A DNA stretch of 64,000 bases from Alphaproteobacteria bacterium (GTDB taxonomy: Bacteria > Pseudomonadota > Alphaproteobacteria > GCA-2731375), in the NCBI GenBank assembly GCA_965232515.1, contig CBDDPY010000002.1:5408001-5472000 (forward strand), in the 5' to 3' direction. Position numbers and translations under genes: made by a program. How positions within the stretch are numbered: position 1 is the stretch's first letter; each line of letters opens with the position of its first letter. This document shows, piece after piece, positions 8,851 through 18,455 of this stretch. The notes under the pieces are model-generated. The model was not told the DNA's origin. It ran no database searches and was given only the letters and a program-made list of their open reading frames with translations.

Positions 8851-9606
8851 TTAGCCGATCACCCGGCGTCCGAATGCGGCCGGCGCCTGGCGTCGAAGCA
8901 GTCCGCCTTCCTGGTTGCTCGCGGCCAGGCCGACACGCGGTACCTCGGATGACTGCTGCTGCTGGTGCGCATGCGCCAGCTTCTGGAGGCGTTCGTGGAT
9001 GTAGTTCCAGAGATCGGAGATCTCGGTGGCCGATTGCGACGATGGATTGACCTCCATCACCGTCCGACCGTCGATCATGCTGGCAGCGTAGTCGATCCGG
9101 TGATGCAGCGTCACCGGCGCGACGGTGCCGTGTTGCGAGAGCGCGACGGCGGCGTCCGATGTGATCCGAGCCCGCCGGGTCGCCGCGTTGACCACGAAGA
9201 TCATGGCCTTGCGGCGCTGCTCCACCAGGTCGACGGTGGCGCCGACGGCGCGCAGGTCGTGCGGGCTCGGCCGGGTCGGGATAACGACAAGATCCGCGAA
9301 ACGAACCACGTTGCCGATGGCGGTGGTCGCCGCCGGCGGCGTGTCGATCACGATCAGCTTGGCGCCGCGATTGCGCATCTCGAAGATGTGGCCGTCCAGA
9401 TCCTCGACACTGCTCTTCTGGAACAGCGGCGTGTCGGCGGCGCGCGCTTTCGCCCAGCCCGCCAGGCTCGCCTGGCGGTCGGTGTCGATCAGGCCGACCG
9501 GCCCGGCGCCGCAAAGGCCCGCCTGCACGGCGATATGTCCGGAAAGCGTCGACTTTCCGGAGCCGCCTTTCTGCGAGGCGAACACGATGACTTGGGCGGT
9601 ATCCAT
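8851..9606 (-). CDS. ParA family ATPase (orphan, ParF/CbiA-like)
   Basis: Deviant Walker A SQKGGSGKST, IDTDRQAS, VIDTPP, VIPTRPSPHDL; GAGGAG RBS. Confidence 0.92.
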   Translation of the reverse strand: MDTAQVIVFASQKGGSGKSTLSGHIAVQAGLCGAGPVGLIDTDRQASLAGWAKARAADTPLFQKSSVEDLDGHIFEMRNRGAKLIVIDTPPAATTAIGNVVRFADLVVIPTRPSPHDLRAVGATVDLVEQRRKAMIFVVNAATRRARITSDAAVALSQHGTVAPVTLHHRIDYAASMIDGRTVMEVNPSSQSATEISDLWNYIHERLQKLAHAHQQQQSSEVPRVGLAASNQEGGLLRRQAPAAFGRRVIG

Positions 9607-9978
9607 TGTCTTCTCCTCAAAGCCCCCACGGACACGAACCTCGGCCCGCGAAATCCATTCCCGATGTCGTTCCTCGTCCCCGGCCGGCGGTCATTGCCGC
9701 CGGCATACGCCATCTACCGGGCGCGGCCGTTCGGCGCCTTGGGCGGGCGTGACGCGTTCATGGAGGGATGGCGGATTCGGCGTTGTCGCCGTCATGCCGG
9801 TCGTCTCCATTCGACAGCCCCGCTACCAGTCCCATGCAAACAGCCGCATGGGGGCAGGCCGGTGGCTTTGCGCCCCGCCGTTTCCGGCGGTTTGCCCCTT
9901 CGTGGACCCAACGCACCGGACGTAGCCGCTCAAGGCAACGCCCAGATATTTGGCGTTAACAGCCTAGCCCCGAACCAC

Positions 9979-9993
9979 TTAAGAATTGGTGAA
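9979..9993 (-). promoter_or_regulatory. CtrA-like box (TTCA-N7-TTAA on the - strand)
   Basis: TTAAgaattggTGAA, extra TTAAC half-site at 9956-9960; lies upstream of parA. Confidence 0.45.
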
Positions 9994-10093
9994 ACGGCGG
10001 AAACACGCGGGTTTTCCGCTTTTCCGCCGCCCCGGTCGGTTTGACGTCAAGGCGACGTCATGCTGCCTGAAGCGATCGGGCTAGGTTCCCCGG

Positions 10094-11086
10094 CTAGTCG
10101 ACCGGGCCGTTCGGCGTGACCAGGATTTTGCCGCTCCGGCCTTCGCGGCCGGCATGCTCGAGCGCCGCCTTGATATCCTCGATGGCGTAGGTCTGCTCGA
10201 CCGGCGCGTGCAGCGCGCCGTCGCGGATGCGGCCGGCGAGATCGCCATAGAGGGTCTCCAGGTCGGGCCGCGGCATCGCGCGCAGCGCCGCGGCGAGCCA
10301 GAAGCCGGTGAGCGTCAAGCCCCGGAACACGAGCTGATGCGAGGTCATCACGCAGGGCTCGCCGCTCAACAGGCCGTAGTTCACCATGGTGCCGCCGTCG
10401 GCGAGGCAGTCGGCCATGCGCCGGACCATATCGCCGCCGATGGCGTCGATGCCGAGACGGATGGCGCCGCCGCCGGTTTCTGCGGCGACACGTTCGGCCA
10501 GGCCGTCGCCGTCGACGACCACGACGTCGGCGCCGATCGCCTTAAGCGGTTCGATCAGGCTCTCGCGCCGGACGATATTGACCGTGCGGTGGTCGGCCGC
10601 CTTCGCCAGCCTGATCAGGTTGTCGCCGACAGCCGAGTTGGCGGCGTTCTGGATCACCCAGTCGCCCGGCGCCAGGCGCACGAAGTCACGCAGCATCATC
10701 AATGCCGTCGGTGGGTTCACCTTCAGCATCGCCGTCTGCAGCACGTCGATGTCGTCGGGCACCTTCACCACCTGATCGGCCGTGGTCTGTTTGATTTGGC
10801 AGAAGTTCTCGCGGTCCAGCATTATCACCCGGTCGCCCACCTGCACGTCGGTGACATCGGCCCCGATCGCCGTCACCCGTCCACAGCCCTCGGCGCCCGG
10901 CGTCGCCGGGAACTCGGGCAGGGCGGCGTAGCGGCCCTCGATCATCAGCAGGTCGGCGGGATTGATCGGAAAGGCCTCGATCTCGACGGTCACGCCGTTG
11001 CCGCCGGGCGCCGGCGGATCGGGAAGCTCGACGCATTCGCAGACCTCCTGCGGCGCCCCGGTGGCGTTGAACTGAACGACTTTCAT
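10094..11086 (-). CDS. MDR-family NADPH oxidoreductase (trans-2-enoyl-CoA reductase ETR1/MECR-like)
   Basis: PINPADL, PGAEGCG, VNPPTA, WVIQNAANSAVG, YGLLSG, GFWL. Confidence 0.88.
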   Translation of the reverse strand: MKVVQFNATGAPQEVCECVELPDPPAPGGNGVTVEIEAFPINPADLLMIEGRYAALPEFPATPGAEGCGRVTAIGADVTDVQVGDRVIMLDRENFCQIKQTTADQVVKVPDDIDVLQTAMLKVNPPTALMMLRDFVRLAPGDWVIQNAANSAVGDNLIRLAKAADHRTVNIVRRESLIEPLKAIGADVVVVDGDGLAERVAAETGGGAIRLGIDAIGGDMVRRMADCLADGGTMVNYGLLSGEPCVMTSHQLVFRGLTLTGFWLAAALRAMPRPDLETLYGDLAGRIRDGALHAPVEQTYAIEDIKAALEHAGREGRSGKILVTPNGPVD

Positions 11087-11210
11087 GCGGCTGGCCCCTC
11101 TAACGGCTGTCGGTATTGCGGACGATCCTAGCGCGAAATCGACATCGGTTGCCGATTGCGTGGCGCTGGATCAGAATCAATTGCGAAACAACGGATGACG
11201 GGAGGCGGAG

Positions 11211-12821
11211 ATGACGGCGCGGCGGTTGAAGTTCTGGGGCTGGGGCTACGACGACGAGCGGCTGAGCGAGGCCGAGGAGCAGATGGCCATGCGCCGCTAT
11301 GCCGAACGCTTCGGCGTCGACGAGTTCGCGCGCCTGCCCAATCCGACGGTCGAGGACGTGTCGCTGGCGACGCCGGCCGTGAGCCCGCCGGCGAACCTGA
11401 ATGACATCTGCAGCACCGACGCGCACGACCGTCTGGTGCACACCTACGGCCGGTCGTTCCCCGACTATGTGCGAATTTTCGACCGGGACTTCACGAACGC
11501 GCCCGACGTCGTTGCCTTCGCCAGGTCGGAGGATGACGTGATCGCCGTGCTCGACTGGGCCGCCGGCGCCAATGTCGCCGTGATCCCGTTCGGCGGCGGC
11601 ACCAGCGTGGTCGGCGGCGTTGAAGCCGCGGTCGGCGACGGCTATGCCGGCGTCGTCAGCCTCGACCTCACCGGCCTCGACGGCGTCGTGGAAGTCGACG
11701 ATGTCAGCCGCACGGCGCGCATCCGCGGCGGCATGCGCGTGCCGGCGCTCGAGGCGGCGCTGAAACCGTCGGGCCTGACGCTGCGGCACTTCCCGCAGAG
11801 CTTCGAGCTCGCGACCGTGGGCGGCATGATCGCCACGCGTTCGGGCGGACATTTCGCCACGCTCTACACGCATATAGACGACTTCGTCGAATCCACGCGC
11901 ACGGTAACGCCGACCGGCGTGATGGAAAGCCGGCGGCTGCCGGGCTCCGGCGCCGGGCCGAGCCCGGACCGGCTGATGCTGGGCTCGGAAGGCGCGCTCG
12001 GCATCATCACCGAGGCCTGGCTGCGGCTGCAGAACAGGCCGACCTACCGGGCCGGCGGCGCGCTGATGTTCGACGACATCTACAAGGGCGCGGAAGCCGT
12101 GCGGGTGATCAGCCAGGCCGGCCTCTACCCTTCGAACGTGCGCCTCCTGGACGCTGCCGAGGCCGCGATGAACGGATTCGGCGATGGCCAGGAGGCCGTC
12201 ATGGTGTTGGCCTTTGAGTCGGCCGATCATCCGGTCGATCCCTGGATGGCGCGAGCGTCAGATATCGCCATCGAGCTCGGCGGCCGGCCCGAGGGAAGGG
12301 ATGCCGGATCGTCCGAAGGCCACACCGAGGGTGCTGCCGGCGCTTGGCGTCAGGCCTTCATGCGCATGCCCTATTTTCGCGAGCTGCTGACGCCCATCGG
12401 CGTCCTCAACGACACCTTCGAGACGGCGATTACCTGGGATCGGTTCAGCACGTTCCACGACAACGTCAAGGCAGCGACGGCGACTGCCATCGAGGAGGCG
12501 ACCGGTGCGCCCGGCATCGTCACCTGCCGTTTCACGCACAGCTATCCCGACGGTCCCGCGCCCTATTTCACCTTCCACTGTATGGGCCGGCAGGGCGGCA
12601 TGATGGAGCAGTGGCGGCACATCAAGGAAAAGGCGTCGGACGCCGTGATCGAGAACGGCGGCACCATCACCCACCACCACGCCGTCGGGCGCGATCACAT
12701 GCCGTGGTACACGCGGCAGCGGCCGGACGCTTTCGGCACGGCGCTCAAGGCCGCCAAGGACGCGCTCGATCCGGCCGGGATCTTGAATCCGGGCGTCATC
12801 GTCCCGCTACCGGGCGCATGA
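11211..12821 (+). CDS. FAD-binding oxidoreductase, alkyl-DHAP synthase (AgpS)-like
   Basis: IPFGGGTSVVGG, RHFPQSFE.ATVGG, GSEGALGIITE, ITHHHAVG, DPAGILNPG. Confidence 0.88.
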   Translation: MTARRLKFWGWGYDDERLSEAEEQMAMRRYAERFGVDEFARLPNPTVEDVSLATPAVSPPANLNDICSTDAHDRLVHTYGRSFPDYVRIFDRDFTNAPDVVAFARSEDDVIAVLDWAAGANVAVIPFGGGTSVVGGVEAAVGDGYAGVVSLDLTGLDGVVEVDDVSRTARIRGGMRVPALEAALKPSGLTLRHFPQSFELATVGGMIATRSGGHFATLYTHIDDFVESTRTVTPTGVMESRRLPGSGAGPSPDRLMLGSEGALGIITEAWLRLQNRPTYRAGGALMFDDIYKGAEAVRVISQAGLYPSNVRLLDAAEAAMNGFGDGQEAVMVLAFESADHPVDPWMARASDIAIELGGRPEGRDAGSSEGHTEGAAGAWRQAFMRMPYFRELLTPIGVLNDTFETAITWDRFSTFHDNVKAATATAIEEATGAPGIVTCRFTHSYPDGPAPYFTFHCMGRQGGMMEQWRHIKEKASDAVIENGGTITHHHAVGRDHMPWYTRQRPDAFGTALKAAKDALDPAGILNPGVIVPLPGA

Positions 12822-13762
12822 AGGCGGTCTTCCATTATGCCGTGAGCCCCGGCATGACGGCGCGGTTGCAGGCGGCGGCGCCGGATTGGCTGGAGATAGA
12901 CGCCTGCCCGGAGTCGGACGACCGGCGGCTGTTCGCGCTGCTGGCCGAGACCGACTTTCTGCTGCATGTGCTGAAACCGGCAACGGCGGAGGTGATCGAC
13001 GCGGCCCCTGACCTGAAGCTGATCCAGAAGATCGGCGTCGGCGTCAACACGATCGATCTCGATCGTGCCAAGGCGCGTGGCATTCCGGTCTGCAACATGC
13101 CCGGCACCAACAGCCGCGCCGTCGCCGAGGCGACCCTGATGCTGATGCTGGCGGCGCTGCGCCGCGCGCGGGCCTTCGACAGCGCCACGCGGGCCGGCCG
13201 GGGCTGGGCGCTCGATGCGGCCGACTTCGACCGGGTCGGCGAGATCGGCGGGCGCACGGTCGGTCTGGTCGGCTATGGCGCGGTGGCGCGTCTGCTGACG
13301 CCGGTGCTAACCGCGCTCGGCGCGCGCGTGCTCTATACGGCGACGAGCGAAAAGCCCGACGTGGCGGCCGAGTGGCGCGATCTGGGTGCCCTGCTGGCCG
13401 AATCCGACGTGGTCTCGCTGCATCTGCCGTTGACGCCGGACACCGAAAGTATGCTCGACAGCGCCGCCTTCGCCCGCATGAAACAGGGCGCTGTGCTGGT
13501 CAACACGGCCCGTGGCGGCTTGGTCGGCGAGGCGGCGTTGATCGCGGCGCTGGACGAGGGGCGGCTGCTGGCCGCGGGCCTGGATGTTTTCGCCGAGGAG
13601 CCGGTCGCGGTCGACAATCCGTTGCTTCGGCGCGATGACGTTGTGATGATGCCGCATGTGGCCTGGCTGACGCCCGAGACCATCGACCGCAGCCTGGCGA
13701 TCGCCTTTGAAAACTGCCGTCGGGTGCGCGACGGGGAACCGCTGGTTCACCGCGTGGTCTGA
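12818..13762 (+). CDS. D-2-hydroxyacid dehydrogenase family protein
   Basis: ATGA overlap with the upstream gene; NMPGTNS.AVAE, GLVGYGAV, LVNTARGG, LDVFAEEP, PHVAW. Confidence 0.9.
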   Translation: MKAVFHYAVSPGMTARLQAAAPDWLEIDACPESDDRRLFALLAETDFLLHVLKPATAEVIDAAPDLKLIQKIGVGVNTIDLDRAKARGIPVCNMPGTNSRAVAEATLMLMLAALRRARAFDSATRAGRGWALDAADFDRVGEIGGRTVGLVGYGAVARLLTPVLTALGARVLYTATSEKPDVAAEWRDLGALLAESDVVSLHLPLTPDTESMLDSAAFARMKQGAVLVNTARGGLVGEAALIAALDEGRLLAAGLDVFAEEPVAVDNPLLRRDDVVMMPHVAWLTPETIDRSLAIAFENCRRVRDGEPLVHRVV

Positions 13763-13782
13763 CGAGGGAGAGACGGACCGAG

Positions 13783-15213
13783 ATGACGACGACCTGCATC
13801 CGCAACGCCGACTGGGTGATCGCCTGGGACGGGACGCGCCATGCCTTTCTGAACGGCGCCGACGTCGCCTTCACCGGCAACGAGATCGTGCATGTGGGGC
13901 CGGGCTATGACGGCGCCGTCGACGACGAGGTCGACGGCCGTGGCCTGATGGTCATGCCGGGCCTGGTCGACATCCACTCGCATCCGATGTCCGAGCCCAT
14001 GAACAAGGGCATCACGGACGAGCTCGGCAGCCCGCGCCTCGGCATGAGCGGCCTCTACGAATACATGCCGGTGTTCCGCCCCGACGAAGACGGCGTCGCC
14101 GCCTGCGCCGAGCAGGCCTATGCCGAGCTGCTGCTGAGCGGCGTTACGACATTGGTCGATCTGTCGGTGGCTTGGCCCGGTTGGCTGGACCTGCTGGCCA
14201 AGAGCGGTCTGCGCGGCGTCGTCGCGCCAATGTACCGCTCGGCGCGTTGGTACACGCCCAACGGCCATGTGGTGGAATACGAATGGGACGAGGCGGCCGG
14301 CCGAGACGGTCTTGACAAGGCGGTCCGGCTGATCGATCTGGCGCGCCAGCATCCCTCGGGCCGCCTCGACGGCATGCTGTCGCCCTCGCAGATCGATACC
14401 TGCACGCAAGAACTGTTGCGCGACAGCGTGGCGGCCGCCAGGGAGCGCAGCGCGCCGATCCAGATCCACGCCTCGCAGAGCGTCGTCGAGTTCAACGAGA
14501 TGACGCGGCGGCACGGCGTGACGCCGGTGCAGTGGCTGAACGAGATCGGCTTCTTAGGCGATCGCTCGATCGTCGCCCATTGCATCTTCGTCGACCATCA
14601 CTCCTGGGTGCGCTGGCACACGCGCGACGATGTCGGGCTCCTGGCCGAGACCGGCACAAGCGTCGCGCATTGCCCTAATGTGTTCGTGCGCCGCGGCATC
14701 ACGCTCGAAAGCTTGGGCGGCTATCTCCGGGCCGGCATCAATGTCGGCCTCGGCACCGACACCTTCCCGCACAATTTGCTGGAGGAGATGCGGTGGGCCG
14801 CGACCTTGAGCCGTGTCGCCGCGAAGAACGTGAACGACCTCGGCACGTCAGATGTGCTGACGGCGGCCACCATCGGCGGTGCCAACGCGCTCGGCCGTGA
14901 CGACATCGGCCGGCTCAGCCCCGGCGCCAAGGCCGATGTCGTGCTGATCGACACCGAGCTGCCGGGCATGAAGCCGCTGCGCGACCCCTTGCGCAGCCTG
15001 ATCTATTCGAATGCCGAGCGTGCCGTGCGCGACGTCTACGTGGACGGTGTCAAGGTCGTCGCCGACCGCAAGGTGTTGACATTGGATCCGGCGGACGCCG
15101 CCGCCCGCGTGCACGAGGCGCAGAAGCGGGCCGAGGTCGTCGTGCCCGATCTCGATTACGCCAAACGACCGGCCCGCGAGCTGGCGCCGCTCAGCCTGCC
15201 GATGGGCGAATGA
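13783..15213 (+). CDS. Amidohydrolase (Atz/Trz/MTA-SAH deaminase family)
   Basis: MPGLVDIHSH, QIHASQS, VAHC, GLGTDT, GAKADVV. Confidence 0.88.
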   Translation: MTTTCIRNADWVIAWDGTRHAFLNGADVAFTGNEIVHVGPGYDGAVDDEVDGRGLMVMPGLVDIHSHPMSEPMNKGITDELGSPRLGMSGLYEYMPVFRPDEDGVAACAEQAYAELLLSGVTTLVDLSVAWPGWLDLLAKSGLRGVVAPMYRSARWYTPNGHVVEYEWDEAAGRDGLDKAVRLIDLARQHPSGRLDGMLSPSQIDTCTQELLRDSVAAARERSAPIQIHASQSVVEFNEMTRRHGVTPVQWLNEIGFLGDRSIVAHCIFVDHHSWVRWHTRDDVGLLAETGTSVAHCPNVFVRRGITLESLGGYLRAGINVGLGTDTFPHNLLEEMRWAATLSRVAAKNVNDLGTSDVLTAATIGGANALGRDDIGRLSPGAKADVVLIDTELPGMKPLRDPLRSLIYSNAERAVRDVYVDGVKVVADRKVLTLDPADAAARVHEAQKRAEVVVPDLDYAKRPARELAPLSLPMGE

Positions 15214-15227
15214 TTGGAGAACCCCAG

Positions 15228-16259
15228 ATGACCGCGAATTTGATCGATCTTTACAGCGACACCGTCAGCCGGCCGTCGCCGGGCATGCGCCAGGCCATAG
15301 CCGAGGCCGAGGTCGGCAACGAGCAAGCCGGCGAGGACCCGACCACCAACCGGCTGCAGGAGATGGCGGCCGAACTGTTGGGCAAGGAGGCGGCGCTGCT
15401 GCTGCCGTCGGGCACCATGTGTAACCAGATCGCCTTCCGCGCGGTCTGCGAGCCGGGCGACGAGATCCTGCTCGACAAAACCGCGCACCCGCTGCACTAC
15501 GAGACCGGCGGCCCGGCGGCGCTGTCGGGCGCCATGACCCGCGCGCTCGACGGTGAGCGCGGGATCTTCAATGCCGACCAGGTGCGCGACGCCATCCGCA
15601 CCCGCGGCGGCCACTACCCGATCTCCAAGGTGCTGTCGGTCGAGAATACGTCGAACGGCGGCGGCGGCTCGGTCTGGCCGCTTGAGCAAATCGACGAAGT
15701 GACCGACGCCGCGCACGAAAAGGGCCTGAAAACGCATATGGACGGCGCGCGTCTGTTGAACGCCGTCGTCGCCAGCGGCATCCCGGCCGCCACATATGCG
15801 AAGAACTTCGATTCCTTATGGATCTGCCTGAGCAAGGGCCTTGGCTGTCCGATGGGTGGCGTGCTGGCCGGCTCGCGCGATTTCATCGACCGCGCCTGGC
15901 GCTTCAAGCATCAGTTCGGCGGCGCCATGCGGCAGTCCGGGATCTTCGCCGCCGCCGGCATCTACGCGCTGGAGAACAATGTCGACCGCTTGGCGGACGA
16001 TCACGCCAACGCCAAGCACCTGGCCATGCTGATCGCCGACATCCCCGGCATCGCCGTCGAGCCGGTCGAGACCAATATGGTCTTCTTCGACGTCGCCGGT
16101 ACCGGCAAGACGGCAGGCGAAGTCTCCGAGGCCCTGCTGTCGCATGGCGTCCGCATTGGCGCGAACGCCGAGACCCGCATGCGCGCCGTTGCGCATATCG
16201 ACGTCGACCGTACCGGCATCGAGACCGCTGCCGCGGCGTTGCGCGAGGTGGTCGGCTGA
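15228..16259 (+). CDS. ltaE: Low-specificity L-threonine aldolase (PLP)
   Basis: DLYSDTV, EDPTTN, PSGTMCN, ENTSN, HMDGARL, CLSKGLG PLP lysine, GGAMRQSG. Confidence 0.88.
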   Translation: MTANLIDLYSDTVSRPSPGMRQAIAEAEVGNEQAGEDPTTNRLQEMAAELLGKEAALLLPSGTMCNQIAFRAVCEPGDEILLDKTAHPLHYETGGPAALSGAMTRALDGERGIFNADQVRDAIRTRGGHYPISKVLSVENTSNGGGGSVWPLEQIDEVTDAAHEKGLKTHMDGARLLNAVVASGIPAATYAKNFDSLWICLSKGLGCPMGGVLAGSRDFIDRAWRFKHQFGGAMRQSGIFAAAGIYALENNVDRLADDHANAKHLAMLIADIPGIAVEPVETNMVFFDVAGTGKTAGEVSEALLSHGVRIGANAETRMRAVAHIDVDRTGIETAAAALREVVG

Positions 16260-16266
16260 ACGCCGG

Positions 16267-17211
16267 CTATAGCTGTTTCAGGATCCAGTCCTGCACCAGC
16301 GTGGCCAGCGCGTCGCTGTTGTCGTCCATCATGAGCATGTGCGAGTTGCCGGTGATGTCGTGTTCTGCGAGTGCCAGGTATTCCGATTTGGCGCCGCGTT
16401 CTGCCAACGCTGTGGCCGTTTCGCGGATACGCGCCGTCAGGTCGACCCATAGCGGCGTCGCATCGAGATAGTCGCCCATCAGGAACAGGAACGACCGGCC
16501 GTCGACGTCGAGGCCCTCGATGTTCTCGGGCAGGCCCGAGGGTTCGGCGAAGACGGCGACGGGCACGTGCTCGGGCATGTCGAGCACGGCCTTCTGGGCC
16601 AGATCGCCGCCTTGGCTGTGGCCGATCACCACGCAGCGGCCGATCCGCGCGATCGCCGCTTTCAAGGCCGCGACCTGCAGCGGCGGCGTGCTGGTCCAGC
16701 GCGGCACATGACGCGCGTTCATCGCTTCGAAAGCGGCAAGCGGGAAGCGCTGGCCGGGAAACGGCGTCCGGCTGTCGTAGTTTTCGGCGGCGCCGATGCG
16801 GTAGAGCCACCAGGCCTCCTGCCAGGAGCGGATCACCGGCTTGCCCGGCCATTCATCGTCGAGCGCACACCAGCCGGCGCGGCCGCGTTCGACGTTGTCG
16901 ATGACATAGACGGCGAAACCGGCGCGCAGGAAGTGATGCAGCCAGCCCGGCCGCCCGTCGGGCGTGGTCTCCCAGGACGCGCCGGTCAGGCCGCCGCCGT
17001 GCTGCAGCAGCACCGGCAGGTCCGAGACGCGCTTCGCCGGAATGAAATACTGCACATAGGCCTGCTCGACGGTGAAATCGCCGTTCGGGTCGTAGGCGAA
17101 GTCGGGCAGGTCCTGCGTCACCCAGATATGCTCGATGTCGCGCCCGCGCACCTCGACATCGCGGCCGCCGACGTAGAAGCTGCCCATGTCTTCCAGAACG
17201 ATGTTCGTCAC
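16267..17211 (-). CDS. Alpha/beta-hydrolase fold esterase
   Basis: GSFYVGG, HGGGLTGASWETTPDGRPGW, GHSQGG nucleophile elbow, GNSHMLMMD; GTG start after GGAGG. Confidence 0.82.
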   Translation of the reverse strand: MTNIVLEDMGSFYVGGRDVEVRGRDIEHIWVTQDLPDFAYDPNGDFTVEQAYVQYFIPAKRVSDLPVLLQHGGGLTGASWETTPDGRPGWLHHFLRAGFAVYVIDNVERGRAGWCALDDEWPGKPVIRSWQEAWWLYRIGAAENYDSRTPFPGQRFPLAAFEAMNARHVPRWTSTPPLQVAALKAAIARIGRCVVIGHSQGGDLAQKAVLDMPEHVPVAVFAEPSGLPENIEGLDVDGRSFLFLMGDYLDATPLWVDLTARIRETATALAERGAKSEYLALAEHDITGNSHMLMMDDNSDALATLVQDWILKQL

Positions 17212-17312
17212 CGCCGAACCTCCCATTGCCGTGGGCGGCCAACCTATCTCGAACGCCAGCCCGGCGACAGGCGGCGTTTGCGGCGAACGCGGGCGAGAGG
17301 CATACTGAGCCG

Positions 17313-18455
17313 ATGGCGGCAGGCACGACATCGGACCGGCGCGACACGTTTGTGGCCGCGCACACCGCCGCGGACGATTGGCGCACGGCCAGCGCCGAGT
17401 GCCTTGCTCAGCTCGGTCAAACCAAAAGCCGCGCCAATATCGGTTTTCTCTATGTTTCCGACCGGCTGGCCGACAACTACGGCGATATTCTGGAGTTCCT
17501 GGGCGCCCGCACCGGGGTCAAGAGCTGGGTCGGCACGGTGGGCATCGGCGTCTGCGCGACGGGCACGGAATACTTCGACCGGCCGGCGGTGACGGCGATG
17601 ATCGGCGAGTTGCCGGACGACGGCTTCGCGCTGTTCGACTCCAGCGGCGAGGACCTGGTCGAGATCATTCGCCAGAACCGGGCCCTGTTGGCGCGCGGCG
17701 ACAGCACCTTCGGCGTCGTGCATCTCGACCCGCAGAACCAGGAAGCCTTCAGCCTGATCCCGGTTTTTGCCGAGGCAGCGAACGGCTTCCTCGTCGGCGC
17801 ATTGACCTCGTCGCGCGGCGCCGCGGTGCAGGCGGCGGGCAGCGTCACCGGCGGCGGCATGTCGGGCGTGCTGATGGCCGGCGACATCGCCGTCGCCACG
17901 GGTCTGACGCAAGGCTGCAGCCCGATCGGCACGCCGCACGAGGTTACGGCGGCCGAGGGGAACGTCGTCATCGAGCTCGACGGCCGGCCGGCGTTAGATG
18001 TCTTCAAGCAGGATATCGGCGAGCTGCTGGCCCGCGATCTGCGAAAGGTGGCGGGCTATATCTTCGCCGCGATGCCGGTGGCCGGCACCGATTGGGGCGA
18101 CTATCTGGTGCGTAACCTGACCGGCATCGACGAGCAGCAGGGCCTGGTTGCCATCGCCGACCGGGTCGAGAGCGGCCAGTCGCTGATGTTTTGCCGTCGC
18201 GACCGCGAGGCGGCGGAAAAAGACCTGCGCCGTATGCTCGCCAATCTGAAAAGCCGGATCGACCGGCCGCCGCGCGGCGCGCTCTACCACACCTGCCTGG
18301 CGCGCGGCCCGAACATGTTCGAGGGCGAGTCGGCCGAGCTCGGCATCATCGCCGAGGAGCTCGGCGACGTGCCATTGGTCGGGTTCTTCGGCAACGGCGA
18401 AATCTCCAACAACCGCCTCTACGCCTACACCGGCGTCCTGACGTTGTTCCTTTAG
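17313..18455 (+). CDS. FIST signal-transduction domain protein (FIST_N + FIST_C)
   Basis: TQGCSPIG, ELDGRPAL, DYLVRNL.GID, YHTCLARG, GFFGNGEI, YAYTGVL. Confidence 0.88.
   Translation: MAAGTTSDRRDTFVAAHTAADDWRTASAECLAQLGQTKSRANIGFLYVSDRLADNYGDILEFLGARTGVKSWVGTVGIGVCATGTEYFDRPAVTAMIGELPDDGFALFDSSGEDLVEIIRQNRALLARGDSTFGVVHLDPQNQEAFSLIPVFAEAANGFLVGALTSSRGAAVQAAGSVTGGGMSGVLMAGDIAVATGLTQGCSPIGTPHEVTAAEGNVVIELDGRPALDVFKQDIGELLARDLRKVAGYIFAAMPVAGTDWGDYLVRNLTGIDEQQGLVAIADRVESGQSLMFCRRDREAAEKDLRRMLANLKSRIDRPPRGALYHTCLARGPNMFEGESAELGIIAEELGDVPLVGFFGNGEISNNRLYAYTGVLTLFL

Noticed and set aside
15228-16259. Functional link between the threonine aldolase and the Thr attenuator/thrS locus
   Set aside because: Over 30 kb apart in a different operon with no shared regulatory motif seen
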